DNA of 63,966 nt, filler included. It is 7 parts of 7 records of this genome, joined end to end, with 100 filler letters (N's around TTAATTAATTAA, not from the genome) between each part and the next. Parts side by side here need not be neighbours in the genome. Positions count along the whole stretch, not along the records: positions 23,485 to 34,587 come from SRR20825010_6871; positions 34,688 to 41,490 come from SRR20825010_6872; 5 more parts are not named here. One strand, given 5' to 3'. Both the position numbers and the translations under genes were made by a program. Shown piece after piece: positions 30,863 to 41,330 of the stretch. The first letter of the stretch is position 1, and every line of letters begins with the position of its first letter. The notes beneath the pieces were generated by a model. That model saw only the letters and a program-made list of their open reading frames with translations. It made no database searches and was not told the origin of the DNA.

Positions 30863-33800
30863 TTATGCTTCAAGAGCAGCTTCCTCTTCTTCTTTTTTAT
30901 CAATTAAATCTTCAACTTTTTTACGCTTCACAGTATCGTACATAATTGGTGTTGCGATAAACAATGATGAGTATGTACCTACAAGGATACCAACTATAAT
31001 TGCAAACAACAAGCCTCGGATAGATTCTGCACCAAAGAAGAACATACATAATAACACGATAAGTGTAGTGAACGATGTATTTAAGGTTCTACTTAATGTG
31101 CTACTTAATGCAACGTCTATAATTCGGTTCATTTTCCATGTTGGGTGTTCCCCAAAGTATTCACGAATACGGTCAAATACAATTACGGTATCATTCAGCG
31201 AGTAACCAATTACCGTTAGAATTGCCGCAATAAATGCTTGATCTATTTCCATGCTAAAAGGCATAAATCTATACGTTAAAGAGAAAACACCTAACACAAT
31301 AACAACATCGTGGAATACGGCAGCAACCGCACCCAAACTAAATTGCCATCTTCTGAAACGTAAAAGGATGTATAAGAAAACTACCACTAACGAACCAAAT
31401 ACAGCCCAGAATGAGTCTTTTTTAATATCATCTGCAATGGTTGGACTTACTTTATAGTATTCCATTCTACCAATAGTTTTTCCGTCCTGATCGCCTACAA
31501 ACATATCATAGGTCATATCTGCTGGCATATTCGTTTTTACTGTTTCAAACAGCATTCTTTCAATTTCTTCATCTACTTCTGTTCCAGTTTCATCAACCTT
31601 ATATTTGGTTGTAATTTTCAACTGGTTATCACCACCGTAAGTTTTTGCTTCAGCACTTCCGAAGGCTTTTACAAGATCATTCTGAATTTCTTGAGAATTA
31701 ACATCTTTTGCAAAACGAACAGTATATGTACGTCCACCAACAAAATCGACCCCTTGGTTAAGTCCATTCGTAAATAATGAAGTAACACTTACTAAAAGTA
31801 AAACTCCAGAAATAATATAAGCAACTTTTCTTTTCTTCAAGAATTCGACACTTACATTTCTGAAAAGGTTTTTAGTAATTGACGTCGAGCAAGGCAATGG
31901 CTTACCATTTTTAGTATAACGATCAATAAACAATCTTGTAATGAAAATTGCTGTAAACAAGGAAGTTGCGATACCTATTAATAAGGTAGTTGCAAAACCT
32001 TGAATTGGACCAGTTCCAAAAACCAAAAGGATTAAACCGGTAAGACCCGTTGTTATGTTCGCATCAAGAATTGAAGATAATGCATTATTAAAACCATCTT
32101 TAATGGCATCTTTTTGTGCTTTACCTTTTGCAAGCTCTTCTTTTATTCGTTCAAAGATAAGTACGTTCGCATCTACAGACATACCTACGGTTAATACAAT
32201 ACCTGCAATACCTGGCAGCGTAAGCACAGCTCCCAAACCTGCTAATATTCCGAAAATAAATAGAATGTTTACCATTAAGGCAACATCGGCAAAAGCACCA
32301 GCTTTACCATAATAACCAATCATCCATAAAAGAACAATGATAAGTGCTACAGCGAAAGACATTACCCCACTGTTAATTGCTTCTTGACCCAACGTTGGCC
32401 CAACAACTTCACCTTGTATAATTTCTGCTGAAGCTGGCAACTTACCTGCACGCAATACGTTTGCTAAATCCTGACCTTGTGGTACTGTAAAGTTTCCAGA
32501 AATCTGGCTACGACCACCTGCAATTGGACCAGAAGTTACACCTGGAGCAGAATACACAATGTTATCAAGCACGATAGCAATCTGGCTTTGGTTTTGGTAC
32601 GCATCACCTGTCATCTGTTCCCAAACTTTAGCGCCTCTACCATTCATTTGCATAGAAACAACAACACGACTCATTTGGTCAAATTCTTGTCTTGCATCTA
32701 CTACCACACTTCCACCAAGTGGAGGAAGGTTATCACGGTTTCCTTTTAAAGCATATAAAGCTGTGGTTTCTTCACCATTTAATCCTGGATTAGATTCTGG
32801 AAGACTCCAAACGAATTTTGCGTAACGCAATTCATTTGGCAACAACGATTTTATTTGTGGGTTTCTTAAATAGCTATCAATTGCAGCGGTATCTTTCAAT
32901 CTAAAAGTAGCAATTACTGGTCCTCCTTGGCTTCCTAAAGAAACCATTTTTGAAAGAATTGGATTTGCTTTACCATCATCTACAAGTGAATCTTTAACAT
33001 CTTCACCTCCTAAAAGCTTACTTACATCGTCATCTTCAGCTTTAGTAGAATCTACAGCAGTTTCTGTAGCCTCAGTTGCTTCAACAGTTTCGGTTGTTTC
33101 TGTAGCAGATTTTGCCATTGCAATTTCACCTGCTTTAGCGTCGGCAGCTTGAAGGAAGCCTGCCATATCTTCAAATTTATACACATCCCAGAATTCAAGT
33201 TGTGCAGTACTTTGAAGTAATTTTTTTACACGGTCTACATCTTTTGCTCCAGGAAGTTCTACAAGTATTCTTGCTGACTTTCCTAAACGCTGAATGTTTG
33301 GCTGTGTTACACCAAACTTATCGATACGTTTTCTTAAAACTTCAAAAGCAGAAGTAATAGACTCATCAATTTTACGCTCAATAACTGGCTTTACCTGATC
33401 GTTGGTCATTCCAACATCAATTACATCTTCCAAGTTTTTATTGAAGAAAATATCTGGCGATGCAAGATTATTTTCACCTGGAAGTGCTTCAAACGCTTTA
33501 AAGAAAGACTCAAGATACGTATCTTGGCTATCCTTTTGAAGCTCGTCTGCACTTTGCAAAGCTTGATTAAACGCAGGGTCTTTAGTATTATTTGCAAGAC
33601 CACTCAAGATATCTTTAACAGAAACCTCAAGAATTACATTGATACCACCCTTAAGGTCAAGACCTTTATTTAATTCTTTCTCTTTGGCAGTTTTGTAGTC
33701 AATTCCTAAAAAAACAGGGTTTGTAGCTACAGAATCTAAATAACGCGTCTCTGCATAGTCGCGCTCATGGGGTTGATCTTCAGAAAATTTGCTGTTGGCA

Positions 33801-33913
33801 AATTCTTTGGCACTATCCTCTACTTTGTTTGCAACAAATGTAAAAGAGAGCTGATAAATACTTACCAATCCAAAAAGGATGGCAAATACGGTAACGAGTC
33901 CTTTATTTTGCAT
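30863..33913 (-). CDS. secDF: Fused protein translocase subunit SecDF
   Basis: Motifs GLDLKGG, RIDKFGV, TLPGIAG, DANVLIFERI, GVDFVGG, GYSLNDT and RTLNT. Confidence 0.97.
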   Translation of the reverse strand: MQNKGLVTVFAILFGLVSIYQLSFTFVANKVEDSAKEFANSKFSEDQPHERDYAETRYLDSVATNPVFLGIDYKTAKEKELNKGLDLKGGINVILEVSVKDILSGLANNTKDPAFNQALQSADELQKDSQDTYLESFFKAFEALPGENNLASPDIFFNKNLEDVIDVGMTNDQVKPVIERKIDESITSAFEVLRKRIDKFGVTQPNIQRLGKSARILVELPGAKDVDRVKKLLQSTAQLEFWDVYKFEDMAGFLQAADAKAGEIAMAKSATETTETVEATEATETAVDSTKAEDDDVSKLLGGEDVKDSLVDDGKANPILSKMVSLGSQGGPVIATFRLKDTAAIDSYLRNPQIKSLLPNELRYAKFVWSLPESNPGLNGEETTALYALKGNRDNLPPLGGSVVVDARQEFDQMSRVVVSMQMNGRGAKVWEQMTGDAYQNQSQIAIVLDNIVYSAPGVTSGPIAGGRSQISGNFTVPQGQDLANVLRAGKLPASAEIIQGEVVGPTLGQEAINSGVMSFAVALIIVLLWMIGYYGKAGAFADVALMVNILFIFGILAGLGAVLTLPGIAGIVLTVGMSVDANVLIFERIKEELAKGKAQKDAIKDGFNNALSSILDANITTGLTGLILLVFGTGPIQGFATTLLIGIATSLFTAIFITRLFIDRYTKNGKPLPCSTSITKNLFRNVSVEFLKKRKVAYIISGVLLLVSVTSLFTNGLNQGVDFVGGRTYTVRFAKDVNSQEIQNDLVKAFGSAEAKTYGGDNQLKITTKYKVDETGTEVDEEIERMLFETVKTNMPADMTYDMFVGDQDGKTIGRMEYYKVSPTIADDIKKDSFWAVFGSLVVVFLYILLRFRRWQFSLGAVAAVFHDVVIVLGVFSLTYRFMPFSMEIDQAFIAAILTVIGYSLNDTVIVFDRIREYFGEHPTWKMNRIIDVALSSTLSRTLNTSFTTLIVLLCMFFFGAESIRGLLFAIIVGILVGTYSSLFIATPIMYDTVKRKKVEDLIDKKEEEEAALEA

Positions 33914-33971
33914 GTTTTATTGTTTTTGGTCAAATTATTTTAACCCATTCCGAAGCCTCGAAACAGGAGCG

Positions 33972-34002
33972 CAAATATATGATTTGCTTATAAATCTGAC
34001 AA
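33972..34002 (-). promoter_or_regulatory. Putative secDF promoter
   Basis: Minus strand TTG-N20-TATATTTG. Confidence 0.55.
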
Positions 34003-34104
34003 TTATCTGGTTTATTTAAAATTAATTTGAAATGCCTCCGAGTGTATACAAACAGAGACCTTATTACATATTAGAATTTTGGGTATTTGTTAGGTAGAAT
34101 TCCC

Positions 34105-34587
34105 TTAAGAAACTGGGCCAGCCCTAACCTCTGGAATTTCGTATGAAGTTTTTGTTTTTGGAAGTGAAACATTGTGATTATTTTCACCTATTTTTCTTTC
34201 AATAACAGGCTTTAAACTAAAGTTAGTTTCTGCTGTTGCAAATGAAATAAACTGGTTTGAATATAAATCTTTTACAGACTTTATCTCAACAAGTAAGCCA
34301 TGAAAACCAATGTCAGACCCGTAATCTTTTTGAATTTTTACTACCTCTAATTTATAGGTTGTAACATCATTATTAAAAGGATTATTAGAAGAACCATCCT
34401 TATTATTAAATGCATCATAACCAATTTGAAGCTCGTTTTGTGTTTGAAATAAAGCTTCAATTACAGCAACATCAAGCGTACTGTAATAGGTAACTTTTAA
34501 CTTACCATCCTGTATTTCAGAAACCCGAATCGCTTCAACACCTAATGATTTTAATTGGTCTGTAATATTCGAAATAGTCTGCTGAGC
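34105..34587 (-). CDS. 5'-truncated ORF ending ...SYEIPEVRAGPVS*; candidate translation-arrest leader upstream of secDF
   Basis: My translation gives 160 sense codons open from the contig edge (AQQTISNITDQLKSLGV...). RAGP lies at 34114-34125 and the stop at 34105-34107. Same strand as secDF, directly upstream. Confidence 0.75.
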   Translation of the reverse strand, partial: AQQTISNITDQLKSLGVEAIRVSEIQDGKLKVTYYSTLDVAVIEALFQTQNELQIGYDAFNNKDGSSNNPFNNDVTTYKLEVVKIQKDYGSDIGFHGLLVEIKSVKDLYSNQFISFATAETNFSLKPVIERKIGENNHNVSLPKTKTSYEIPEVRAGPVS

Positions 34588-34687
34588 NNNNNNNNNNNNN
34601 NNNNNNNNNNNNNNNNNNNNNNNNNNNNNNNTTAATTAATTAANNNNNNNNNNNNNNNNNNNNNNNNNNNNNNNNNNNNNNNNNNNN
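34588..34687. other. Artificial contig linker
   Basis: N44-TTAATTAATTAA-N44. Confidence 0.99.
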
Positions 34688-34716
34688 GTTATAGGTCCTC
34701 AACAAAATTACGTCAA
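34688..34716 (-). promoter_or_regulatory. Near-consensus sigma70 promoter firing off the contig end
   Basis: Minus strand TTGACG-N17-TATAAC with an AT-rich upstream tract. Confidence 0.6.
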
Positions 34717-34929
34717 CGACTATTTTAAATCTTTTTTGACAGGCCATGTTTATGCCGCAAACTTCCCCTACTAACCGCAGTTCCTGCCGTGCGAAATTAG
34801 TTTTTCACCCACTCGGTAAAGTCAAAAACAACGAATGCAGGAAAGCGGTAGGTCCAGAAGGTTGAATCGACCCCAACTTTAAGAAGGAAAACCAAGGTTC
34901 GAAGAACTTAAGGAAAAATTGAGGAATAC

Positions 34930-34990
34930 TTGACAAAATTGCGTTTCGACAGCATCTTTTGTCGCGTCTTTATGGTTAACAGCTTCTAAA
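34930..34990 (+). promoter_or_regulatory. Putative M23 gene promoter with a possible CtrA box
   Basis: TTGACA-N17-CATCTT at 34930-34958; TTAA-N7-TAAA at 34976-34990. Confidence 0.4.
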
Positions 34991-35007
34991 TCAACATATT
35001 ACAGCGG

Positions 35008-36468
35008 GTGGTTCAACGAGTGCTGAAGAAAATGAAATCAAGCGCCCTGTCGGGCGTAGTCGGCAAGTCCTTGCTGATACCTGTCTTAACAATGATTGCC
35101 GGCGGTGCGGCAGGTGCCATACTGGTGACCAGTTTTATGACGAATACCGATGAAGCTGCCGCTATCCCTACGATGAGTACGGCACAGACGCAAGAACCAG
35201 CGGCGACAGAGAATGCCGAGATTGCAACGACAACCCCCGCTGAAACGGAGGAGGCGACGGCCGAAGTTCCGGAGAAAGAGGCCGAAGTAGCAGTAGCCGC
35301 TTATGTTGCCCCTGCCGCCCAAAACCTCAATGAATTGACAAAGACTGTCTCCGTCAGCAAAGGCGATACGCTGATGAAGGTTTTGACCCGCGCCGGTGCC
35401 GATCGGGCCGAAAGCCATGAGGCGATTACGGCCCTTAACGAGATATTCGATCCGCGCAGCCTGAAAATCGGACAGGATGTCACCCTCTATTTCGGCGTGG
35501 ACGAAACCCGGGAAAATGATACCGCCCCCCCGAGCCTCATTCGCGTCTCCCTCAATGAAGATGTGGATCGGCAATTGGCCGCCGTGCGCACTCCGGGGGA
35601 AGGATTCACAGCCCAGGAAACACTTCTGGAACTCGATCGAAAAATGGTCAGGGCGGGCGGCGTTATACAAAGCTCGCTCTTTCTGTCTGCGGCGCAGGCC
35701 GGTATCCCCACCAAAACTATCGTCGATCTTATCCGAATTTTCAGCTATGACGTCGACTTCCAGCGCGAAATACAGCCCGGCGATAGTTTTGAGGTTTATT
35801 TCGAGCGCTTCGCCGATGAAAGCGGCACTATCCTGAAAGAGGGATCCATTCACTGGGCATCCATGACCCTGAGCGGCAAGGAATTTTCCGTTTATCGTTT
35901 TAAGACAGATGACGACGGCTTCACCGATTATTATGACGAAAAGGGTCGCAGCGTTAAAAAGACTTTGATGCGGACGCCAATTGACGGGGCCCGCCTCACA
36001 TCCGGGTTTGGAAAACGCAAGCATCCCACACTTGGCTATACGAAAATGCACCGCGGTGTCGACTTTGGCGCCCGCAGCGGCACGCCGATCATGGCGGCTG
36101 GCAACGGAACCGTTGAATTTGCAGCGCGCAACGGCGGCTATGGCAATTATGTTCGCATCCGTCATAACAGTGAATTTAAAACTGCCTACGCCCATATGCG
36201 GAAATTCGCCAAGGGCATCCGCAAGGGCGCGCGCGTGAAGCAAGGACAGATTATCGGATATGTGGGCACAACGGGCCGTTCCACCGGACCGCATCTGCAT
36301 TATGAAGTGCACAGGAACAGCAAGCAGATTAACCCGCTCTCGGTCAAGCTACCTGCGGGCCGAAAGCTTGGCGGGAAAATGTTGGCGGCTTTCAATGCAT
36401 ATACCGGACAAGTCCGCCAGGAAGTTGCCAGCATCGAGTTGGAAACACAGTTGGCGAGTGTAAAGTAG
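35008..36468 (+). CDS. M23 (LytM/MepM-like) peptidoglycan endopeptidase
   Basis: N-terminal TM, a LysM-like VSKGDTL segment and zinc motifs HRGVD and HLH. Confidence 0.92.
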   Translation: MVQRVLKKMKSSALSGVVGKSLLIPVLTMIAGGAAGAILVTSFMTNTDEAAAIPTMSTAQTQEPAATENAEIATTTPAETEEATAEVPEKEAEVAVAAYVAPAAQNLNELTKTVSVSKGDTLMKVLTRAGADRAESHEAITALNEIFDPRSLKIGQDVTLYFGVDETRENDTAPPSLIRVSLNEDVDRQLAAVRTPGEGFTAQETLLELDRKMVRAGGVIQSSLFLSAAQAGIPTKTIVDLIRIFSYDVDFQREIQPGDSFEVYFERFADESGTILKEGSIHWASMTLSGKEFSVYRFKTDDDGFTDYYDEKGRSVKKTLMRTPIDGARLTSGFGKRKHPTLGYTKMHRGVDFGARSGTPIMAAGNGTVEFAARNGGYGNYVRIRHNSEFKTAYAHMRKFAKGIRKGARVKQGQIIGYVGTTGRSTGPHLHYEVHRNSKQINPLSVKLPAGRKLGGKMLAAFNAYTGQVRQEVASIELETQLASVK

Positions 36469-36549
36469 CATCGTTCGCAAGTAACAAAGTAGCTGCCAGA
36501 TTAAGCCATTATCTTAGCCAATGGAGGCGGATAGCAGGATGGTGTTGGT

Positions 36550-37782
36550 TTGAATAATAAAGCTCTTTTCACATTGTACTTTGTTGTGATGCTCGACGTC
36601 GCCGGACAGGGAATTTTATTTCCGGCCTTAACGACATTAATCATCAATCCGACAAGTCACTTTTTGCCGGAAGGAACAACGGCCTCAACCCGGAACTTTT
36701 ATTATGGCTTGATCACAGGCAGTTTCTTCTTTTGCTGGTTTCTCGGAGCCACAATGATTGCAAGTTACTCCGATGATGTTGGACGCAAGAAGGCCCTGGT
36801 GATCTGCCTGATTGGGTCCGTTCTCGGCTATATCCTGACAATTATTGGCATATATTTACAGAGCATCAGCCTGCTTGTAGTCGGGCGGATCATCGCCGGG
36901 TTTACCGCTGGTAGCCAGTCTGTTTCACAGGCCGCCATCATTGATATCAGCACCGATGAAAATCGCACCGAGAACCTTGGGCGCCTTGTTGCGGCTTTAG
37001 CGGCAGGGCTTGCTTTCGGCCCCATTGTCGGGGGCGTGTTCTCCGACAAGACCCTGTGGCCTGAGTTAAATGTCACCGTTCCCGTCTATATTATCACGGT
37101 ATGCTTGCTTATAAATCTAATCCTTGTTTTGAAGTATTTTAAGGATGTGCGGGAGACCGATGGAAATTTCACCTTTAACATTTTTTCGGCCTTTACCGAG
37201 CTTGCCGCCGCCGCAAAAACAAAGGCCATTCAGAATATTTCCATTGTCTTCTTTATCTGCGTTTTCTCGCTCACGCTTTTTTACATCTATTCCATCGTTT
37301 ACCTCTTCCGGAAATTTGCCTTTACAACCATTGAAAACAGTGCGGCCATGCTCGTAATTGGGATCGGCCTCGCCGTTGGCAGCCGATATCTGATCAAACC
37401 TCTGGCCGACCGGTTTACGCAGGAAAAGATTGTCAGCGGCTCCCTGCTCACCATGGCTCTTTTTCAGGGAATTTTCCTGCTCAGTGGCAATGAATATGTC
37501 GCCGTGGCAAGCATGTTGCCGTTATTGATGGCCTATGGAGTCGCCTATACAAACTGCCTGTCGATCTTCTCCGATGCCGTGTCCGAAGACAAACAGGGTT
37601 GGGTAATGGGCATCTCAATTTCTCTATTCACCTTCGGGGGCGGGGTTGTTTCCCTGATAGGCGAAGAGTTGATGAATATTTTTCTTGAACTACCATTCCT
37701 TCTTTCCATTATCGGAATGGTCATTGCAAGCGCTCTTGCGGTTAGGCTGAAAATACTTCAGCCCTATAAAACACCTGCATAG
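36550..37782 (+). CDS. MFS transporter (DHA1/TetA-like)
   Basis: About 12 TM segments; motif A SDDVGRK, GRIIAG and GPIVGG. Confidence 0.88.
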   Translation: MNNKALFTLYFVVMLDVAGQGILFPALTTLIINPTSHFLPEGTTASTRNFYYGLITGSFFFCWFLGATMIASYSDDVGRKKALVICLIGSVLGYILTIIGIYLQSISLLVVGRIIAGFTAGSQSVSQAAIIDISTDENRTENLGRLVAALAAGLAFGPIVGGVFSDKTLWPELNVTVPVYIITVCLLINLILVLKYFKDVRETDGNFTFNIFSAFTELAAAAKTKAIQNISIVFFICVFSLTLFYIYSIVYLFRKFAFTTIENSAAMLVIGIGLAVGSRYLIKPLADRFTQEKIVSGSLLTMALFQGIFLLSGNEYVAVASMLPLLMAYGVAYTNCLSIFSDAVSEDKQGWVMGISISLFTFGGGVVSLIGEELMNIFLELPFLLSIIGMVIASALAVRLKILQPYKTPA

Positions 37783-37800
37783 AGATACGATACCCTCGTA

Positions 37801-37835
37801 AAAAAGGCGGCTACCACAGCATGGCAACCGCCTTT
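37801..37835. terminator. Intrinsic terminator between MFS and clpB
   Basis: AAAAAGGCGG...CCGCCTTT inverted repeat between convergent genes. Confidence 0.7.
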
Positions 37836-37858
37836 CTAAATCTTAACGCAAATCGAAC

Positions 37859-40447
37859 TTAAGCTGCATCCGCAAGAACATTATTAATCATTAGCCCGTC
37901 CTCGCCGGCGCTTACTTTCACTTTTGCACCGTCCTCGATATTACCTTCAAGTATCAGCGATGCCAGCGGGTTTTGCAGGTACCGCTGGATCACTCTTTTC
38001 AAAGGTCGAGCGCCATAAATCGGGTCGTAACCGCGATTGGCTATCCACTCATAGGCCGACGGGTCGAGATCAAGCTCAATTCTCCGATCTGCCAGCAGGT
38101 TTTGTAAGTGGCCAAGCTGAATATCAACGATGTCGTTCATATTCTCGCGACTCAGACGATGGAAGATGATCTGCTCATCCAGCCGGTTCAGAAACTCCGG
38201 CCGGAAGGAAGCCCTCACGGTTTCCATTACTTTATGGCGAACAAGTTCGTCATCCACATCGTCACCACTGGACATATGCTCGCTGCCAAGGTTGGACGTC
38301 AGTATAATGAGAGTATTCTTGAAATCCACTGTCCGGCCCTGACCGTCGGTCAGGCGACCATCATCGAGAACCTGTAGCAGAATGTTGAAAACATCCGGAT
38401 GCGCTTTTTCAACCTCGTCAAACAGGATGACCTGATATGGGCGCCTTCGTACGGCCTCCGTAATCACACCGCCCTGATCATAGCCAACATATCCTGGAGG
38501 CGCACCAATGAGACGCGCAACACTGTGTTTCTCCATATATTCTGACATATCCACACGGAGCAAGGCGTGTTCGTCATCAAACATAAATCCTGCCAACGCC
38601 TTGGTCAGTTCCGTCTTGCCCACTCCGGTCGGCCCGAGGAACAGGAAGGAGCCAATCGGCTGGTTCGGATCCTGAAGACCCGCACGGGAGCGCCGAACCG
38701 CGTTGGAAACGGCAACAAGTGCCTCTTCCTGACCGATCACGCGTTTGCGAAGCTCCGTTTCCATATTCAGTAGTTTTTCGCGCTCCCCGGAGAGCATCTT
38801 ATCAACCGGAATACCGGTCCAGCGGGAGACAACGCCAGCGATATCCTCTTCCTTGACGCTGTCGCGTACAATGGAAGAACCTTCCGCTTCCTCGGCTTCT
38901 TCTAGCTGCTTTTCAAGTTCTGGAATGGCACCATAAGCGAGTTCACCGGCACGTTGCAGATTTCCCTGCCGCTGAACATTCGCAAGCTCATTGCGCGCTG
39001 CATCAAGCTGCTCTTTAACGCTCTGGGCACGATTGAGCTTTTCTTTCTCCATCTGCCAGCTTTCCGTGAGGTCAGCAGACTGCTTCTCAAGCTCGACCAA
39101 CTCTGTTTTCAGTTTTTCAAGCCGCTCTTTCGAGGCCTTGTCCGTTTCTTTTTCAAGCGCCGAGGCCTCAATCTTCATTTGCAAAATTTTGCGGTCCAGT
39201 TCATCAACTTCCTCGGGCTTACTGTCCACTTCCATGCGGCGACGACTGGCCGCCTCATCCATCAGATCAATGGCTTTGTCCGGCAGGAAGCGATCCGTGA
39301 TATATCGGTTCGACAGCGTTGCCGACGCAACAAGAGCGCTATCGGAAATCTGCACACCGTGGTGAACCTCGTATTTCTCCTTGAGGCCCCGGAGAATGGA
39401 AATCGTATCCTCAACGGTTGGTTCAGAGACGAAGACCGACTGGAACCGGCGCGCCAACGCCGCGTCTTTTTCGATATATTTGCGATACTCATCAAGGGTC
39501 GTTGCACCAACGCAGTGAAGCTCACCGCGTGCCAGTGCCGGCTTCAACAGGTTGGACGCATCCATCGACCCTTCTGCGGCCCCTGCCCCGACAAGTGTGT
39601 GCAACTCGTCAATAAAGAGAATGATTTCACCGCCCGTCGCGGAAATTTCGGACAGAACCGCTTTCAGCCGTTCCTCAAACTCACCGCGATATTTGGCACC
39701 AGCGATCAACTGCCCCAAATCGAGGCTCATCAGTTTCTTGTCTTTCAAACTCTCCGGCACGTCGCCATTGACGATCCGAAGGGCCAAACCTTCGATGATG
39801 GCCGTCTTACCAACGCCGGGCTCCCCGATCAGGACCGGGTTGTTCTTTGTCCGGCGCGAGAGCACCTGAATCGTCCGGCGAATTTCTTCATCGCGCCCGA
39901 TAACCGGATCAAGCTTACCCTTTTTGGCGGCCTCGGTCAGGTCCCGCGCATATTTATTGAGCGCATCATAGCTCGCTTCCGCCCCGCTGCTATCGGCGGT
40001 CCGACCTTTGCGCAGATCATTAATCGCTTCGTTCAGGCTATTGGCCGTGATCTTCGCATTGTCCAGAATTTTTGCGGATTCCGTTCCCTTCTCCAGCGCG
40101 AGCGCAAGAAGAAGTCGCTCCGCCGTTACAAAGCTGTCTCCAGCCTTATCGGCCAGCTTTTCCGCAGAGGCAAAAACGCGTGCAAGCTCCGGCGTCAGAC
40201 TTACCTGGCCTGCACCGCTGCCCGTCACTTGCGGGAGCTTGGCCATCACGGCCTCAATTCCCTGACGCGCAACACTCGCATCACCGCCCGCTTTGGCGAT
40301 CAGTCCGCTTGCGAGCCCTTCCTTGTCATCCAGAAGTACTTTCAGAAGATGTTCCGGCGTTAGTCTTTGGTGATTTTCACGTAACGCCAATGTTTGAGCC
40401 GATTGGATAAATCCTTTCGACCGATCTGTGTATTTTTCAATATCCAT
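37859..40447 (-). CDS. clpB: Chaperone ClpB
   Basis: Start MDIEKYT; two AAA+ modules ([16 protein letters not shown]) and a coiled-coil M domain. Confidence 0.97.
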   Translation of the reverse strand: MDIEKYTDRSKGFIQSAQTLALRENHQRLTPEHLLKVLLDDKEGLASGLIAKAGGDASVARQGIEAVMAKLPQVTGSGAGQVSLTPELARVFASAEKLADKAGDSFVTAERLLLALALEKGTESAKILDNAKITANSLNEAINDLRKGRTADSSGAEASYDALNKYARDLTEAAKKGKLDPVIGRDEEIRRTIQVLSRRTKNNPVLIGEPGVGKTAIIEGLALRIVNGDVPESLKDKKLMSLDLGQLIAGAKYRGEFEERLKAVLSEISATGGEIILFIDELHTLVGAGAAEGSMDASNLLKPALARGELHCVGATTLDEYRKYIEKDAALARRFQSVFVSEPTVEDTISILRGLKEKYEVHHGVQISDSALVASATLSNRYITDRFLPDKAIDLMDEAASRRRMEVDSKPEEVDELDRKILQMKIEASALEKETDKASKERLEKLKTELVELEKQSADLTESWQMEKEKLNRAQSVKEQLDAARNELANVQRQGNLQRAGELAYGAIPELEKQLEEAEEAEGSSIVRDSVKEEDIAGVVSRWTGIPVDKMLSGEREKLLNMETELRKRVIGQEEALVAVSNAVRRSRAGLQDPNQPIGSFLFLGPTGVGKTELTKALAGFMFDDEHALLRVDMSEYMEKHSVARLIGAPPGYVGYDQGGVITEAVRRRPYQVILFDEVEKAHPDVFNILLQVLDDGRLTDGQGRTVDFKNTLIILTSNLGSEHMSSGDDVDDELVRHKVMETVRASFRPEFLNRLDEQIIFHRLSRENMNDIVDIQLGHLQNLLADRRIELDLDPSAYEWIANRGYDPIYGARPLKRVIQRYLQNPLASLILEGNIEDGAKVKVSAGEDGLMINNVLADAA

Positions 40448-40548
40448 GCTCGTCCTCGACACATAGACCGTTGTTTCTTCGCGCAGCTTCTTATGATCCC
40501 TGAGAGGCAATCATTTTGCAAGCCCGCCAACGGCTTCACTACTAGTTT

Positions 40549-40578
40549 ATATGTGGGCGGCGGGAAGGTGATTTCAAG
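40549..40578 (-). promoter_or_regulatory. RpoH (sigma32) heat-shock promoter of clpB
   Basis: Minus strand CTTGAA-N15-CCCACATAT. Confidence 0.75.
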
Positions 40579-40623
40579 CGGATATTCGAAGCCATTCGCT
40601 CCGGAATATGGCATCGGAAACGC

Positions 40624-40660
40624 AAAAGGGAGGCCTGATCCAGACCTCCCCCATTATTTT
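40624..40660 (-). terminator. Hairpin/terminator after DUF4167
   Basis: GGGAGG...CCTCCC stem flanked by A/T runs. Confidence 0.5.
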
Positions 40661-40697
40661 TTGTTCCGCAAGTTATTCCCGGAAACCGAAATACAAC

Positions 40698-41330
40698 TCA
40701 GTCAGTCGTATTGATTTCTTCCGGGTCTTCTTCACTGACATTCCGGCTGGAGGTCCGGCGCCGAAGGGTTCGCGTCCGGCTCACCTTGCGTTTTGGTTTT
40801 GCCGCTTCGTCACCCTCATCATCCGAAATTTCGGTGGATTTGGACGCGTCACTCTCGCTCGCAAGCTCAATGACGGGCTGTTCCGCCGTGCCCAGATCGA
40901 CAACAACAGGACTACTTTGAGTTTCGTCTTGCCCGCTACTCCCGGACGCTTGTTCTTCATTACTGTGGTTTCTTGATTTGCGCGGCGCCGCGGTCTCACC
41001 CTCTGTCGCCGCCGACGCATTTTCGGAACTTTCAGAAGATTGCTTTTCCTTTGGCGGAACCGTATTCGCAGCAATTATCCGAAAATAATGCTCCGCATGC
41101 TGGAAATAGCTTTCAGCGGCAACACGGTCGCCCGCTGTCTGGGCATCGCTTCCAAGGGCCGTGTACTTATCGTAAACCTGATTTGCCGTCCCCCGGATTT
41201 TTCCATCGGGACCATTGCTGTCATAGTTACGGTTACCGCCATTCTGCCGACGATTGTTTCCTGCTCCGGGTCGATTCCCGCCAGAATTCGTTCGTCCGCC
41301 ACGGGGACGTCTATTACTACTTACTCTCAT
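40698..41330 (-). CDS. DUF4167 protein
   Basis: R/N/G-rich N-terminus, then YDSNGPDGKIRGTANQVYDKY...AESYFQHAEHYFR, then an acidic disordered tail; usual position upstream of clpB. Confidence 0.9.
   Translation of the reverse strand: MRVSSNRRPRGGRTNSGGNRPGAGNNRRQNGGNRNYDSNGPDGKIRGTANQVYDKYTALGSDAQTAGDRVAAESYFQHAEHYFRIIAANTVPPKEKQSSESSENASAATEGETAAPRKSRNHSNEEQASGSSGQDETQSSPVVVDLGTAEQPVIELASESDASKSTEISDDEGDEAAKPKRKVSRTRTLRRRTSSRNVSEEDPEEINTTD

Noticed and set aside
35086-36312. 408-aa ORF antisense to the M23 peptidase
   Set aside because: Lies wholly opposite a clear gene; a shadow frame.
38954-40363. 469-aa ORF antisense to clpB
   Set aside because: Shadow ORF arising from codon bias of a conserved gene; no recognisable motifs.
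40448-40510. N-terminal extensions given by the ORF track for clpB (also sdhC, DUF349, rsmH)
   Set aside because: Downstream ATGs fit the family starts and the promoter positions better.
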